Assembly: GCF_902652985.1 (NCBI RefSeq)
Contig: NC_047023.1
Span: 21,204,001 to 21,268,000, forward strand
Length of the DNA: 64,000 nucleotides
Origin: Pecten maximus
Lineage: Eukaryota
Reading direction: 5' to 3'
In this document: positions 27,233 through 40,523 of the stretch, one piece after another
Layout: the number at the start of each line of letters is the position of its first letter
Position numbering within the stretch: the first letter of the stretch is position 1
Program-made: the position numbers and the translations under genes
The notes under the pieces: model-generated
Database searches by the model: none
Told to the model about the DNA's origin: nothing
The model's input: only the letters and a program-made list of their open reading frames with translations

Positions 27233-27917
27233 TATGTGGGATTACCTCTTATCTGTGTTATAAATTACACCTTTAATCTCACAGTTCCAATTTCAAAACT
27301 CCCATCAAGTGATGATCATCAGATCAGGAGAAGGATTTCTGGAATTAAGAGACTAATTAACAGTGTCTAGGAAGGTCTTCGAAGTAATTGTGCAGTTTGC
27401 CAAAACTTTTGAATGATGGTCACTTCATAACCTTTTAGTGTTGTACTGTATTCAAAAGTAAATTGTCTAGTTTAATTTGCGGTGTCTGATTTAAATTCCC
27501 GACTTGTAGTTTAAGATCTATTGCAATATAAGATCTCGCTGTATTTCAGTTAATCATAGAAGAGAATTGAACATCTTTTAGAAATTTTCTCATTTGAAAA
27601 TAACTTGTGTAAAGAAAGTATAGAGGTATTTTAACAATAATGATTGTTTACAATACCTCCAGTTTCACGTTTAATTTAATGATAAATATGTCAGCACTGA
27701 CCTTATGCATCAGCAGTCTTGACATAATTTACTTAAAAAAATACTGTTAAAATTGTTCTTGAAAAAAATATGTATACATGGGGCTCATTTTACTCTATTC
27801 ACATTTTTATAAAAGAATGGTAACAAGGTCCCATTTTACTGTTAAATAATGAGTAGATAGTTAAACCTTGTTACCACCCACTTTTTATAGGGGGGGGGGG
27901 GGGGGGGGGGGTGACTT

Positions 27918-28737
27918 GGGTCACCTGAGATAGTCTAGAGTGATCTTTTGCAATCACATTTGTTGTCATCTGTAAACAATTTACCTTTTCGACTAATCAA
28001 TAACCAGGAGGCCCAAAGTCATGGTATTAGGCCAGTAGCATGTTGTAGTGAAAGGCTACCAGTTTTGATTAAAATCAATAATAGCATGTTTAGATGAAGG
28101 GCTACCAAGCTTGTTCAAATTAATAACTTTGACCTATTTTCAAGGTCATGGTGGTCGAGTATCTTTAAATCTTTCAACAAAGTCTCCATAACCAAGATGC
28201 CATGGGTCATGTTATTTGGCCAGTAACATGCTTGGATGAATGACCTTGGCTAAATTGAAAGGTCCATTGGGGGGTATGAAACTACCCCCGTACTACCCAA
28301 TAACCAAGAGGCTCACAGTTAGGTCAGTAGTATGCTGGGGTGGAGGGCTATTAAAGGTGTTCGAATGAATGACCTTTACCTACCTTCAAGGTCACGGGTG
28401 AAATGTGTTGAAATCTAAATGATTTCTCCAGGATCATAATATTGGGCCAGTAGTATGCTGGGATAAAAGGCTACAATTTTTCTTTAAATGAAAGGCCTTG
28501 ACCTAATGTCAATCATATGTGTTAGATTCTTAAACAACTTCTCAATAACCAAGAGGCCCAGGGTCATAATGTTAGGTCAGCAGCATGTTGGGATGAAAGG
28601 CTACCAAGTTTGTTCAAATGAATGACCTTGATCTACTTTCAAGTTACAAGGCTGAGAAGTGTTCATTGCTGGTTTAAAGAAAAAACGTTACTTATCGGTA
28701 TAAATATCCGTACTCTGGTGACCGTTAAGGGCCTCTT
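27918..28737 (+). mobile_element. Helentron-associated (HINE/pearl-like) non-autonomous element
   Basis: 5' GGTCACCTGAG, inverted GGTGACC near the 3' end followed by GTTAAGGGCCTCT; degenerate central repeats (aataaccaagaggccca...tgttcaaatgaatgaccttgacc). Confidence 0.65.
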
Positions 28738-29049
28738 TTTGACATCAAATTCTTGATATAAAAAGGGTGAATATAAAGTGAGGCAGAGATCTCGCATATA
28801 TTTTGTAATGTGAATCAACCACTGCAAATTATCGCTACCCACAAACCATTAATGAAGTTCAGAAGTTATAAAAAGGGACAGGACCATAAAATGATTGTGT
28901 AGTGCAAAACCAGACTTATGGAAAATTAGCAAAACACAGTATTTAGCTGTCAGAATCCGAAACATCAAAATTGAAGAAAAAACATGTTTTTAATTTTGAC
29001 TAGATCTACATAACATCGAAGTATTAAATCAGAATTGTAATTTGTTAAC

Positions 29050-30234
29050 AGTGAGTGGTGATACTATGCTGCCGACCATCTGATGATGGTGGGCTCGGTG
29101 TATCCTTAAGGAAGTCTACTATTTGGCAAATTCACAAAGGATCTTTCTAAAAGTGCTATTTCCAATAGTGCCCGGTTATGCATGCCATTAAACGAATTTC
29201 ACGGGTGTTTTTACCCATGATTCTTAGTTAATCTACATAGAAACCAAGGTGACAACATAAGGGAAACAACCAAACCAGCAAGTACAACTACAAAACAAAA
29301 AAAGGGACTTGTACAAAGGAAATCCATTCTTGATACGAAGTAGTTGAATAAGAGAAGAAAGTCATCGATATTGAAAAAGCAAACAACCTACTACGTAAAT
29401 ACCAAAGTCAATGAAAATGCAGTGAAGATGTAGTAGCCCATCTTCCACCACGATTTTATCACGACAATTACAACTCCAACAATGAAAACTGAGAAGATTC
29501 AAAATCTCCACTTAGAAATGAGAATCTGCCAACTAGAAACCAACCAGAATATTATACAACTACAATAACAGCGTACCCAGCCCTGGGATATGACACCACA
29601 ACAACCCTTCTATCAACCATATCATTACCAACTCTAACCACTCCAAGCTTGGACCTCAAATTTCCCTGTGCACGAGGCTCATAACCAGATACGTACCTCC
29701 TCTGGGTTCCTATACACCTCCACCGTTGTTAAGACATAAACAAATCATACAGCTCAACAGGGGATTCAAACTGAAAACCATTCACAAAGGAACAACATTT
29801 CAGTTGATAAATAGCAGACAACTCAAAACAACCACAAGAGACCACCTCATAAAATCATCATCCTCAAAACCAGACTGACTATACAAAGAAATATACCCTC
29901 TTTGCTAGATCTAGAGGTAGGAGCACCACTCAAAAGAAAACCTCCCACCCAGAACCCCAAAAAGTCTTCAAAGGCTACAAAGAAAAACCAACCCGTAATA
30001 CCAGCAACCTTACTTCACAGGAACAACCGACGAACAATAGTAACGACGGAACCCAGAGTGGCCACACAGTGGAAAAGGTAACAAAATCTGCAACATCTAC
30101 TTGGTACAACAACATGTACACTAATCTCAACCACACCGTCAGAAACAGAATGGAAAACACTACTAAGAGAGCGATAAACTGTAAAGTAGAGGAGCATTGG
30201 TCAAACGAAATAAAAACCAAACCTTCATTAAAAT
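29050..30234 (+). mobile_element. Possible decayed LINE fragment
   Basis: A/C-rich broken coding-like sequence ending EEHWSNEIKTKPSLK, resembling LINE ORF2 C-terminal regions; interrupted by a MITE. Confidence 0.3.
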
Positions 30235-30757
30235 TGGAACGCCAAATTAACATATATTCAATTAATTGAAACTTTCTTCTAATAATTGAAGATAGGTTCA
30301 ATTCAATTAGAGATAGGTACAATTCTATTAAAGATAGGTTTTAATAAGACTAATTGAACCTATCTTCAATTTATTCGAACCTATCTCTATTTGAAATGTA
30401 CCTATCTCTAATTGAATTGTACCTATCTCTAATTGAATTAAACCCATCTTCAATTACGAACAAATAGGGAAAAGGGACCGCTCCCCTTGTTCTGCCAATG
30501 AATTAAAGATAGGCGTAATTGATTAAAAGATAGGTCCAATTGAATTAAAGATATGTTGTTTTTGAAGATATGTTTAATTCAATTAGAGATAGGTTCAAAT
30601 CAATTAGAGATAGGTTCAATTCAATTAGAGATTGATAGGTAAAAATAATTGGGCCTATCTTCAATCGAATTGGACCTATCTTCAATTGAATTGAACCTAT
30701 CTTCAATTAATTGAACCTATCTTCAAATATTTGAATATATGTTAATTTGGCGTTCCA
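30235..30757. mobile_element. MITE with internal ~22-bp repeat arrays
   Basis: 27-bp TIR TGGAACGCCAAATTAACATATATTCAA; internal aattgaacctatct(t)c repeats in alternating orientation. Confidence 0.85.
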
Positions 30758-31984
30758 TACATAATGTATTCTTTATAAACGCGGAGAATTTTGAGCTGAT
30801 CAAAGCCGAAGATGGCTTGCAGACTACCGCTGTCATGGATTTTGGAGTTTGTAGTTGTTTGACATTATTTCTTAAGGTACTTGTCAAATTTATGTGTAGT
30901 TAGCTCACCTGCCATAGGGCCAAGTGAGCTTATGCTGTGGTGCGGCTCATCGCTCGTCAATCCAGTATTAAGTATATTAACCAATAGCCAAGATAACTGA
31001 GTCAATTTTTTTAAAATCACTCAAGTGAATTCTTCTGATAAACCGAAATGCATAGAATCAAGAGAGTTGACTGGTAGTTGAATAATGAATGCTACAATAA
31101 AAAGTTTGAACAAAGTTAAAACATAAAAAAGACCAGATATTTTACAGGTACAATTCTGGAATGACACTTGGCCAAGTTTGTGAAAAGAAATGACATTGAT
31201 CCAATTTTCAAGTCACTGGTCAATCTCTAGCAAAAAAACCCAACAGGCAAAGACATATAGTCTAAGTTATTTGGCTGACGTCGTTGGATACCCGCGGTCT
31301 ATTGCTACGTACTCGACATACTGTACCACGTCTTCGCTAGCCTTGGCTTGCGAAGATAACTGTACCATGAACCTAGACAACATCAATTGATCATACACTG
31401 TACATATTTTAAAAAAAAAATCTAAATCAAATCTTTTACTGGACTTGATGTAATGATACATGTATCTGAACATACATGTACTTAATTTTGTATTCTCAGC
31501 ATTTAGTTCCTATAATTGACATATTTTTTCCACATTTAGAAAAGAAAGGATAAACACTTTCAAAGATTTTCACAACTACAATTTGGACTGTTGGTAAAGT
31601 CAGCACGAAAAAAAAGTCGTAATTCAATTGTATTGCTATGTGAAATATTAGTCTGTCTCCCAACATTATAATAAGCTTATTAATTCAGAGAAACACTTTT
31701 CGGGCTTCTTTTAAAAAGTTGCTCATGAAGGCTAAGATCTTTTCGGTTCTGAATATGAAGCGGAGATATTTACATATGACGGTAAACCTGTGACCCGTCT
31801 CGCGTTATGTTCTAATATCAAAGAATCTGATACTGAACTTCCATCCCAAAGTTCACATGCATACTCAATGATAGGTAGAATAAAAGTTATAAATCCTAAG
31901 CAGTGCATCTGTTTTTAATATAAATTTTAATTTCCTTAACACATTTATCTTTTTTCACTCGTTCACATAGACGTGATCAAGTGA

Positions 31985-32452
31985 CCCCAAACCCCTCCCC
32001 TAAGCCCCACCCCCAAACCCCATCCTCCAAACCGCACTCCAATCCCCACCCCAAAACCCCATCCTCCAAACCGCACCCCAATCCCCACCCCCAAACCCCA
32101 TCCTCCAAACCGCACCCCAATCCCCACCCTCAAACCCCATCCTCCAAACCGCACCCCAATCCCACCCCAAAACCCCATCCTCCAAACCGCACCCCAATCC
32201 CCACCCTCAAACCCCATCCTCCAAACCGCACCCCAATCCCCACCCCAAAACCCCATCCTCCAAACCGCACCCCAATCCCCACCCCAAAACCCCATTCTCC
32301 AAACCGCACCCCAATCCCCACCCCCAATCCCCATCCTCCAAACCGCACCCCAATCCCCACACTCAAACCCCATCCTCCAAACCGCACCCCAATCCCCACT
32401 CCCAAACCCCATCCTCCAAACCCATCCCCCAAACCCCATCCCCTCCCCAACC
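31985..32452. repeat. 39-bp C-rich minisatellite
   Basis: ccccatcctccaaaccgcaccccaatccccaccccaaaa, ~11 copies. Confidence 0.92.
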
Positions 32453-32780
32453 CAATGATTACCACTATTCTGTACCTGTCCGTAAAATGATCGCTTATTA
32501 CATTTGAAGAACTATCCGGGGATGATGTTGGAACTTCAAATCCTCAGGGACTCCAAAATCATTATCCATATTGTTCGTGTTATGGACCGCGTGTGTTGGA
32601 AATTTAATTAAAATCCCTGTGGAAACAATGCTGAAGGAGGTACCCAAGGATGTTCGAACTTTTAAAGTCCTTCTAATCCCTGACTATATAGGGCCGTGTA
32701 CCCAAGGACTGGTCTCATTTGGTTAGTTTATATCGACGAGGTAGCAGTCTAAAGTAAACAAGACAAGCGGATTTTACAAA

Positions 32781-33733
32781 ATGGACAAAATCGGTGAAAG
32801 AGCAGTGATCAAATATTTGCATAAAAAGGTTTAACACCTAAGGATATCCATAATGATATGGTAGCAACACTAGGGAAAGATATTATGCCCCTTCATATGC
32901 TACAGTGAAAAGGTGGGTATCAGAATTGAAGCGCGGCCGACAGAGCCTTGAGGATGATCCCCGTCCTGGAAGGCCTGTCAATGTTGCAACCCCATAAATG
33001 GTCAAAAAAGTCCATGACATTGTTATGACTGACAGACAAGTCACAGAAAGATATATATAGCCAGTAGACATGGCATTTCACAGGAAAGAATACATTCCAT
33101 TCTGACCGAGGATCTTACAATGAGAAAGCTGTCGGCCGGATGGGTACCAAGACCAAACAACAATCGAAACAATGGAAGCACCCTGGCTCTCCCCGTAAAA
33201 GAAGGCAAAGCCTGTTCCATCAACTGGGAAGGTTATGACCTCGTTTTTCCGGATGCAGATGGTATTCTGCTGATAGATTATCTCCGACAGGGACAAACAA
33301 TCAATGTCACATACTATGCTTCATATCCGAGGCAGTTACGGGAAAATATTAAACTTAAGCGCCACGGAAAGCTCACTAAAGGTTTGTTATTCCATCAGGA
33401 CAATGTTCCTGTTCACAAGTATGTCATTGCCATGGCTGCCATTCACGATTATGGCTTTAAATTGATTAAGCATCCGCCTCATTCACCTGATCTCGCTAAA
33501 ATGAAAACAACTATTTCAGGCACCCACTTTCAGTTTTGGGATGACGTCATACATGCAGTGGAGGACTTTCTGAACAGCCAAGAAGGGAGTTCCTTACAAG
33601 TGGCATTGAGGCCCTTAAACACCGCTGGCAAAAGTGTAGATACTGAAGGGGATTATGTTGAAAAATAATACAATATGTCCGACAAAATTCAAATCCTTCA
33701 ATATGAGACTCACAACATATCAGTCAGCCATCG
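32781..33733 (+). pseudogene. Decayed mariner transposase with right TIR
   Basis: MDKIGERAVIKYLHKK...VKRWVSELKRGRQSLEDDPRPGRP, RKLSAGWVPR, FHQDNVPVH, HPPHSPDLA; frameshifts, stop and deletions; ends ...TCAGTCAGCCATCG|TA; left TIR not seen. Confidence 0.9.
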
Positions 33734-36267
33734 TAATTGTTATATTGGACTTAGCTTGTCACCGCAATTTTAGTATTGTTTCGTTTTCCTTCCCACTGGT
33801 TGTTAGCTCACGGAAAACAAATTCAGACATGCATGCCAAGTTTTGATGTTTGTGTCAGCACGTAATCGTCGAAATTTGTAAAAACAATTTCGAAAATCTT
33901 TTTTCGGATAAATCGTCACCAGATGGAAAGGTGATACATTTGTACAAATGTAGTTCTTTTGTATATGTTTCAGCCTAAATATATATCAAGAAACGTATTT
34001 ATTACTTAAAATGACATTTGAAGGTTATTACAAATTGCGTTGATCTGACCAGGCAGCTCAAAGCAATTTGTAGGTAATTTTAAAATGCCATCTTTCAATC
34101 TGGTGACGATTATCCGGAAAAAGAGACTCCATTTTCAGTACTATTTGTATGTGGTCTTAGATCGATGAAAACCGCGTAACAACAAACCCCGGAATACTAA
34201 TTCCATTTAGATTAGGTTTATTAATTCCATGCCTGACTGTAGACTATAATCACCAACACGAAATATAAAATGATAAGAGAAAGAAATAATTATGTTGATG
34301 TTTGACGGTATGTATCACACTGTTGATCGCATCAGAGAATTAGGAATAAGTCGGTTATTAATTAGTGTACTGGATAGTGGCTAATGTGATGATATATTCT
34401 TGATCGTTACACGACAAATATGAATCATTCAACGGACATCCAAATAGTATAAAGTTGTTTTCACATGTATTTATAGGACGTCGTGGTTTCATAACTATAT
34501 TTTGTACAGTACGTTATTAATCCCCGAGAATGCCTGATATTTATGGTTGTATCGATCATGAAAAATGCATAAATTCAAGTCGATAAGAAAAATGTAAATT
34601 CTATACGGAGAATTAATTGCGGTGTTGGCCAAACCTGCGAAGGAGTTAATGGTCTAGGATGAGAAAGCAGTCGTTGAACACCGATGGTTAAGGTAGACTG
34701 CATTCTATTTCATAAAGTTATCATATTTGTAACGACAATGACATAACGTTATGAAGGGATGAACAGTCTTAGTGTTAACAAGAATCTCGAAAAACAGTCG
34801 TCGAACCCTGAACGTCGAACGCCTCCGTTTTTAAAAAGTGACCATACTTTTAACGGCAATGATCATAAACTCCATGAAGGGGTTAACATTCTCAATGTTT
34901 AAAGAACCTCGAAAACCTTAATAAGGTGCTGTTGTGCACAAGAACACCTCCGTTTTTAAAAAGTTACCTTTGTAACGACCGTGATCATTAAAGTCACGAA
35001 GGGGTTAACAGTCTCAGTGTTAATAAGAACCTCGAAAAACAATAGTCGAATCTCGATTAAATAAATATAGAGGGAACGGAAATCTGGAGGCAAAATATAT
35101 TAATTTGAGAAAATTTTGTTATTTTCCTAATATATATAATTACATGAGCGATGACCATCCCTAAGCAAGTATTTATTTGTTTGCTACTTTTTGAGATCAA
35201 CCAGGGGTGATTTTGAGGATCTCTTTATAGCAGCTGGTGGCTACCTCACATGATATGTCAGGGAGACATGTCACTCTATGCATCCTGTTATGCTATCCAA
35301 TACAATTAGGGTGATATATCAGCTTTATGAGAAACACAAACCTCCCCGGGTAGGGATAGACCAAAACTTCTCGGTTCGTCATCTGCTCAAGGTTTTCCAA
35401 TGCCATAAAGACTGGGTAATCACAGTCCCAATGCTCAGACATAAATAGCTAATTAGTTTTGTTATCTATAGAAAATCGCCTTGACTTGGTTAAGCCTACA
35501 TGTATTACCATTGGTGGACAGCTTATTGGCACCTCCGTCTGCAACACCCTTGGCGTCAGTGTTAAATAAAGGGAAAAAACCTCTAAATTGATAGCCAACA
35601 AGATATTTTATTCTAACTCCAATGTGATAACTTAAAAATTGCAACACCTTTCATTTTTGAAAGACCATAATTGGCCGTGTTCTGTCCTTGTTAACGTCTA
35701 TACTCTGAAGTCGGTCGATGCTAAGTAGAATCTGACACACTATAGTTTTTTTTTAAACTTTCCCCACTCACGTGAAGTTGTGTTGAATGTTGAAGAAAGT
35801 TCAATCAAGACCGTACTGATTGACAACCCCTCTGATTGATTGAGCAACATATGAACTCCTGGTATGGTCCTTAGAAATGCCATAATTGATGTGGGTCCCT
35901 TTTTTTCTTTTGATATCAGGGGATGTCTCCAGTTCTGAATATAACCGTCTGGTTGAATACTAAGCTTTGCGCACATTTCTGTTGAAGAAGGACGAAATTT
36001 GATTTGCTTCGAGATTGGGTGTGTCATTGCAAAATGACGCCCAGCAAGTGTCATTGTTATCACATGATGCATCACATGACAAACACGTGACTATCCGACA
36101 TGGCTCCACATGTTCTTCGTTTAGTTGTATAGGTAAGAATACCGTGTGCGATACCTCACTTCAACGCGATGTAATTAGTTGTATTGTTCTGTTGTCGCGC
36201 ATCATATTGACTGTATTTGACGACCATGCATCATTAACGACATCATCAACAGATGTACGCGTGATCT

Positions 36268-37437
36268 TTAAAAGTTGGAAGCGAATTCATCGGATGTGAC
36301 GCTCTGGAAATACGTATTAGCGGTTTCAGTAACTGCGACATGTCTAACAGGCTTGCGTCTTTGCAGGTGTCGAGTAGTCGGTTTCTCCATTCCGAGACAG
36401 GCCAGACACTTGAAGGGATTTCCGGCAAGCGCGTGATATATCGGGAAAGTGAAGATACTGTAAATCAGGGGGAACATGGTAAACATTGCTAAGAAGGTGT
36501 TCCACGCGTCAGGACTCATTTCGGACGTGTTTTTCACGCCTATCGTTGGTAGAGTTGACGGCGCTGTGGTCAGATGGGTGATAAATTCAAAAAGTCGCTG
36601 TGGGACCAATAAAAGCACGTGCATGCACACGGCAGCCGCTAGACATTTGAAGAAGTACCTGTCCAGACGTTTCCTGACATCAATCTCTCCGTCACCATCA
36701 TGTTTGTCCTCCGGTGTTCGACGAAAATAACTCATAATTCCACTGTCGAATCTGGTCCACGCACCAAGAAAATGTGGTATTAAGCTGAGAAAGGCACATA
36801 TTGCCGGAAGAACTGTTCCAAAACAGAATTCAATTATCTCAAGATGGCTAGTGTGCCCAGCACCGATGTGACAGTAGCTGGTGGTGATAATATCCGAATT
36901 CCGACGGACTCTCCCGTTCACTACTTCCGTGAAGACCAGATACGGGATAACAAATAATGAAGACACGAGGACTATCACCCAGAACCCTATAACTACGGGT
37001 AAGGATCTACGGGTATCGGACTTCCCCGACACAAACAGTAACTTTGAGCACGTGCAGATCAAAACTAAAATATAGTTCCCAGATACAAACGAAGCATGTT
37101 TCCACCACCACATAAACTTACACGTGCCGGCGCTTTGGTGTACCCAGCCGCAGTGGCCGAGCTGGTGTAGAAATATGACTAGCGTGTTTACAAGACAGTA
37201 ACAAAGCTGGATTACTGCAAAACCGGAAATGATGTCAACGTAGTTCTTCCCAAGCTTTTTCCTCTGTAAAATGTTGGAGACGACGAGAATACCAACACTT
37301 ATAACAGCCAAACAGGCCAGTCCTATGAACGCGTAGATATAGCTGAGCACATTCGTGGAACACTTGCTAACGTCAAACAACGTATCATAGACGTCAGTGG
37401 TGTTGGTGTTCACCTTGGATGCGTCCATACTGGCCAT
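36268..37437 (-). CDS. Atypical rhodopsin-like 7TM receptor (orphan GPCR), 389 aa, single coding exon
   Basis: First ATG (MASMDASKVNTNTT) follows an upstream in-frame TGA. Seven hydrophobic segments, N-terminal NTT sequon, ECL1 W..C(K), TM4 W...P, ECL2 Cys, TM5 LP, TM6 P, TM7 FPIY. Confidence 0.85.
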   Translation of the reverse strand: MASMDASKVNTNTTDVYDTLFDVSKCSTNVLSYIYAFIGLACLAVISVGILVVSNILQRKKLGKNYVDIISGFAVIQLCYCLVNTLVIFLHQLGHCGWVHQSAGTCKFMWWWKHASFVSGNYILVLICTCSKLLFVSGKSDTRRSLPVVIGFWVIVLVSSLFVIPYLVFTEVVNGRVRRNSDIITTSYCHIGAGHTSHLEIIEFCFGTVLPAICAFLSLIPHFLGAWTRFDSGIMSYFRRTPEDKHDGDGEIDVRKRLDRYFFKCLAAAVCMHVLLLVPQRLFEFITHLTTAPSTLPTIGVKNTSEMSPDAWNTFLAMFTMFPLIYSIFTFPIYHALAGNPFKCLACLGMEKPTTRHLQRRKPVRHVAVTETANTYFQSVTSDEFASNF

Positions 37438-38064
37438 TCCGACAGGTGATAAGATGATTACAGATGGCGAACAAATGGCGGTTTTTTTTACACTCGGGTA
37501 CAAGGACGTCAGTGGATCACCTCACGGAACACGGGTGATCCCGCTGTTCCTGACGTTCCCGGACCAAGGGCGTATAATCGACTTCTTGTTTTCAGGTGAA
37601 CATCATAGACTTATTCTGCAAAGAAAAAACACATATTGACTGTAAAATATTACTATTTGTATACATGTGTGCTTTTGATGTGGTATTTTTTGCCTTCCCA
37701 TAGTCAATATATGCTACCAAGGAGGAATATTCAAACTGTACAAGTAAATACATAATGCACACACATAATTGAAATATGAATTGACCTTACCTTGATTACA
37801 CTGGGTTTGGTCCTTTTGGTGTCGTTATAAATGTCCACAGACTTCGCTACTTACTCTAGATTACCCTATAACATACTTATTGATGTTTCACAGTTTGGTG
37901 TTATTATTAGTACATGATCCTGATATCTGTCAAAAAAAACCATGTTTTTCTCATAGGTCTCCAGCAGTTTCTTTCAACATCCTGCCGAGTTACCACCCGA
38001 GTGGAATGATTATAGAAACGGTGTCGTATGTTTACAAAGGTACAAAAATACAATGATAATATGA

Positions 38065-38455
38065 AAAACCTTAACATTTGTTACTATTGGTGATTATGAA
38101 GAGTTACATGTCTTACTTCTTGTGATTGTGAAAAATAACATGTGTTACTATTTGCTATTATGTATATTTACCTGCGTTACTATTTGTAATTGTGAAGACT
38201 TACCTGTGTTATTATTAGCAACTGTGAATATTTACCTGTAAATTACTATTTGCAATCGCGAAGATTTAACATGTGTTACTATTTGTAACTGAATATTTAC
38301 CTGTGTTGCTACAATGTATTTGTAAATGTAAATATTTACCTGCGTTACTATTTGTAAATGTGAATATTTACCTGTGTTACTATTTGTAAATGTGAATATT
38401 TACCTGTGTTACTTTTTGTAATTGTGAAGAATAACCTATTGTAGTACTTTTTGTA
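38065..38455 (-). repeat. 32-bp degenerate array of splice-donor-like units
   Basis: gtgaatatttacctgtgttactatttgtaaat = CAG|GTAAAT on - strand. Confidence 0.8.
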
Positions 38456-39029
38456 GTATACATGAAAAATGTTTAACTGTATTAATATTTTTTCACCTTA
38501 TAATTATTAACTTATCCATTATAAACTATTATTTTATAGAAATTAAAATTTACGTAATTTACCACTCGCAGTTGTAATCAAGAGGATTGTTTTCTCTATT
38601 TCCTAACATTAAGACTTACCTCTGATGTAGATATTGCTATCCTCAGTTCGTTCCTCCGATATGGAGGCGGATGTTGCGGGTATACCTGTGTAGATAGCAG
38701 CTATGTCTAACAGGGATACTGTGGAAGTGAACTAGTAGCCGATGTCTTCCACACGTATGATTACAACTAATACTTTATGCGTGACTTGCAGTTATTAACC
38801 AATCAGATTGTTCGGACACTTGGTCTATATTTAGTATATGTATGTACCGGACACGTGCATCACCTGGCCGATTTATTTTCCACAGCCCCACCCATAAACT
38901 TACATGAGATGTTTATTTACTTGATTTGTACTGTTGTTATTAAGGTATTTTTGTTGTGCATTATGAAGATTTAGGTACTTTGGAGAGAAAAATAAAGCTT
39001 AGAAACATTGTCTGTTGATCCATGCCATA

Positions 39030-39995
39030 AACTTGTATTCATGTGCTGCTATTTGTATTCACTAAGACTTACCTGTACCTGTGATGCTATTTGTATTCAT
39101 TAAGACTTACATGTGGCGCTATTTGTATTTAACAAGACTAACCTGTACCTGTGATGCTATTTGTATTCACTAAGACTTACCTGTATTAACATTTGGATTC
39201 ACTAAGACTTATTTGTGTTGTAATTTAGCTCCACGAAGACTTACCTGTGCTGTTATTTGAATTCTTATGCTGTCATTAGTAATCACTAAGACTTACCTGT
39301 GGTGATATTTGTATTCACGCGCACTTACCCGTGCTGTAAATTGTATACATGCACTGCTATCTGTATGTAATAGAGCGCATGATTGATTAAACCTAAATCA
39401 CTGTCTCCGCTTGGGATCGAACCCGGGACCTCTGGCTTACTAGTATTACGCACAACCGATCGAGCTAAAGAGAAGGTCTCTCTAGCTGAGCGGTATAATG
39501 CAGCTAGTATTTAACAGGGTTACATGTATACGTTTAACCTACCTATACTGCTGTATGTATTTACTATCCCTTTCTGTGATGTTATTTATATTCACCAACA
39601 CTTACCCGTGCTGCTGATTGTGCTCATATGTTTCTATCCAAACTTGCCTGGGTTTCCATTTGGATACACTAATATTTACCCATATGCTGTTTTATGTATA
39701 CACTAAAATTTTCCGTGATTGTATTTGCATTCACGTGATGTTATCATTAATTATTAAGACTTACCCGTTTTGCTATTTGTAGTCACTTACACTTACCTGC
39801 GTTGCTTTTTGGGTCCATTAAGACTTACCTACGCTGGTGGTTGTATCCAAAATGACTTTACATGTGCTGGTGTTTGTATCCATTATGACTTACCTGTGCT
39901 GGTGTTTGTATCCATTATGACTTACCTGTGCTGGTGTTTGTATCCATTATGACTTACCTGTGCTGGTGTTTGTATCCATTATGAATTACCTGTGC
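39030..39995 (-). repeat. 32-bp array of splice-donor-like units (interrupted by the solo LTR)
   Basis: tgacttacctgtgctggtgtttgtatccatta = CAG|GTAAGT on - strand; homogeneous near 39990, degenerate distally. Confidence 0.8.
39366..39524 (-). mobile_element. Solo LTR (159 bp) of a TRIM-like element carrying a tRNA-like sequence
   Basis: TGTAA...TTACA ends; 4-bp TSD TGTA; internal tRNA-like 39404-39473 with A box TAGCTCGATCGG, CT-AGT-AA loop and B box GGTTCGATCC. Confidence 0.7.
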
Positions 39996-40030
39996 TGCAA
40001 TAATACGTACGTTGCAGGTGGCTCGGTTCA

Positions 40031-40036
40031 TTTATA
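40031..40036 (-). promoter_or_regulatory. Candidate TATA box of the GPCR transcript
   Basis: TATAAA on - strand ~40 nt upstream of a CAG|GTAATT donor at 39989; further candidate non-coding exons end at donors 38619 and 37790; acceptor ttctttgcag at ~37616. Confidence 0.45.
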
Positions 40037-40523
40037 TATGACTGTGTATATTTCTAACACGAATAATAACGATAACAGTATAGCATACGGGGTCTTTCTC
40101 TTATTAAACTGAGATTTATTATATATTGTATGTTATTATAATCTGTCTTCATTTTATCTACCATGTTTATTGTGTTACCAATCAGACATATAAAGCACCA
40201 AGTAATCTACACTGCACCACGTCTTCTTAAACCCCTGCCAGAGCCATATACCGATAGCGAAACACGCATTCAGTTACCATGACATGATAATAACTAGCTG
40301 TAAATTCGGTCGATGAAGTCACGGATACAACATAAAATCCAACTACTCAGAGATCGTGATTACAAAATTATACACGAACTGCTCTCTGATTTCTGAGAGG
40401 TAGTGTATGAATTCATAAAGTGACATTAATAATAAAAAAAAAAAACATCACGTAAAACTATTCAGGACCACCACGCCAAGGCTATAAATATCCGTCACAG
40501 GAGTGTTGGGGGTCCATCAAATA

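Noticed and set aside
37438-37503. TTG-initiated N-terminal extension of the GPCR in the ORF track
   Set aside because: Eukaryotic context; first in-frame ATG is at 37437
39404-39473. Functional tRNA-Thr(AGT) gene
   Set aside because: Anticodon, T and acceptor stems are broken; embedded in an LTR-like unit
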